Shown: positions 62,774 to 64,000 of the stretch, piece by piece
How the letters are laid out: each line of letters starts with the position of its first letter
Numbering within the stretch: position 1 is the first letter of the stretch
From: an uncultured bacterium
GTDB lineage: Bacteria; SAR324; NAC60-12
NCBI GenBank assembly: GCA_964010765.1
Contig: CAXGMD010000001.1
Location: 14,988 to 78,987, forward strand
Reading direction: 5' to 3'
Length of the DNA: 64,000 nt
Made by a program: the position numbers and the translations under genes
The notes under the pieces: generated by a model
What the model saw: the letters and a program-made list of their open reading frames with translations, nothing else
What the model was told of the DNA's origin: nothing
Database searches by the model: none

Positions 62774-64000
62774 CTACGATTGAGTGGCGAGTTTACCAGA
62801 TGGAACAGCTCTTGTTCCCTTTTCACCGCCGCCACTGCCATAATCGTATCCCGTCGACTGAACGAATTCCGGGTAGGCAGCAAGACCAAATTCTGGGATG
62901 TCCATTCCAGAAAATTCTTCTTCTTCAGATACTCTTAAGCCCATAATCAATTTCAGAGCAAACCAGACGACAAAGCTCGTTCCAAAAACAAAAGCTCCTA
63001 CGCAAAGAATCCCCATAATCTGAGCTCCCAACGATGCATCTGGCTTGAAGATCCCGACAGCCAGAGTTCCCCAAATTCCATTCACCAAGTGAACTGACAG
63101 TGCTCCAACTGGGTCATCAATTTTGAGCTTGTCAAACATTGGTACAGCGTACACGACCAATGCTCCACCGATACCTCCAATCAACATTGCAAGGCCCATT
63201 GATGGATAATCAGGCCCAGCAGTAATCGCGACCAAACCTGAGAGTGCCCCATTCAAGACCATCGTCAGGTCTACTTTTTTATAAAGCAATTGTGTCAGAA
63301 TCATAGCCACCACCGCTCCAGCACATGCGGCAATGTTCGTGTTAGCAAAAACAGCTGATATGGCGTCAGCGTCACCCTTAGAGCCCAGCGCTAATTGAGA
63401 CCCGCCATTGAATCCAAACCAACCCAACCAAAGGATGAAGGTGCCTAGCGTAGCCAGCGGAAGATTTGCTCCTGGAATAGCGTTCACCTTGCCATCAGGA
63501 CCATATTTGCCTTTTCGGGCACCAAGTAGAATTGCTCCTGCCAAAGCTGCCCAACCCCCAACGGAATGGACGATGGTTGATCCCGCAAAGTCGCTGAAAC
63601 CGTCCATCAAGCCACCTAAGGCTGTTCCACCCCAACTCCAGTGCCCCTGAATTGGGTAGATGAATGCCGTCAGAACTAGTGTGAAAGCTAGAAACGGCCA
63701 AAAGCGGATTCGCTCAGCTAGTGTTCCTGAAACAATTGAAGCCGCTGTTGCTACAAAAACCACTTGGAAGAAGAAATCGGAGAGTAGACTGTGACTCTCT
63801 GATGAAGTTCCCGACAGAGCGAAGCCTGAACCCATCACTGCGTTACCTTCGCCATACATCAAGTTGTATCCAACCAGGTAGAATGCGATACAAGCGACCG
63901 AGTATAACGTAATATTCTTTGTCAATATAGCTGTCGTATTTTTGCTGCGTACTAGGCCTGCCTCCAGCATTGCGAATCCAGCTGCCATCCACATCACAAA
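62774..64000 (-). CDS. amtB: Ammonium transporter (Amt family), N-terminus beyond window edge
   Basis: Amt signature regions (GGLVRSKN, DFAGSTIVHSVGGWAALAGAILLG) and an 11-TM pattern; the frame runs off the window end. Confidence 0.9.
   Translation of the reverse strand, partial: FVMWMAAGFAMLEAGLVRSKNTTAILTKNITLYSVACIAFYLVGYNLMYGEGNAVMGSGFALSGTSSESHSLLSDFFFQVVFVATAASIVSGTLAERIRFWPFLAFTLVLTAFIYPIQGHWSWGGTALGGLMDGFSDFAGSTIVHSVGGWAALAGAILLGARKGKYGPDGKVNAIPGANLPLATLGTFILWLGWFGFNGGSQLALGSKGDADAISAVFANTNIAACAGAVVAMILTQLLYKKVDLTMVLNGALSGLVAITAGPDYPSMGLAMLIGGIGGALVVYAVPMFDKLKIDDPVGALSVHLVNGIWGTLAVGIFKPDASLGAQIMGILCVGAFVFGTSFVVWFALKLIMGLRVSEEEEFSGMDIPEFGLAAYPEFVQSTGYDYGSGGGEKGTRAVPSGKLATQS

Noticed and set aside
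62702-62938. 78-aa plus-strand ORF after argG
   Set aside because: It overlaps the argG terminator hairpin and the 3' end of amtB on the opposite strand, so it is spurious

Overview
This is a 64 kb chromosomal segment from a Gram-negative bacterium with moderate-GC coding regions and conspicuously AT-rich intergenic spacers. The lineage cannot be assigned from the sequence alone (a PVC-like or delta-proteobacteria-like free-living or host-associated organism is possible). Most of the window is housekeeping: mfd, rnr, ftsW/rodA-family, aroA, lipA, rpoZ, lpdA with a lipoyl domain, mltA, an Opp/Dpp-type ABC importer next to a sulfatase, hisD, mgtE, xthA, prfC, tsaC, trxB, argG and a cut amtB. 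I found no rRNA, tRNA, CRISPR array, transposase or integrase. The features most worth a second look are listed below.

1. A GrdB/PrdB-family gene has an in-frame TGA followed by a SECIS-like hairpin, making it a candidate selenoprotein. Its stop overlaps the mfd start (ATGA), and it sits in a five-gene operon.
2. A second in-frame TGA splits an ADP-ribosylglycohydrolase-like gene. This is more likely a pseudogene than a second selenoprotein.
3. An orphan OmpR-family response regulator lies on a ~1 kb AT-rich island. All three acidic-pocket Asp residues, including the phospho-acceptor, are replaced by Glu.
4. An isolated fliN-fliM pair carries a ~180 aa poly-acidic N-terminal extension, with no other flagellar genes in 64 kb.
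5. An AT-rich intergenic region contains two palindromes and repeated TAGCA motifs beside a 77 aa ORF.
6. A GspL/PilM-PilN-like membrane protein and a TerB-like protein sit downstream of rnr.
7. A stand-alone Cas4/AddB-like PD-(D/E)XK nuclease carries a four-Cys Fe-S signature.
8. A 922 aa secreted ankyrin-repeat protein follows ftsW.
9. A cold-shock-domain protein is anchored by two N-terminal transmembrane helices.
10. An unusually long (~730 bp) non-coding spacer contains a plus-strand terminator-like hairpin.
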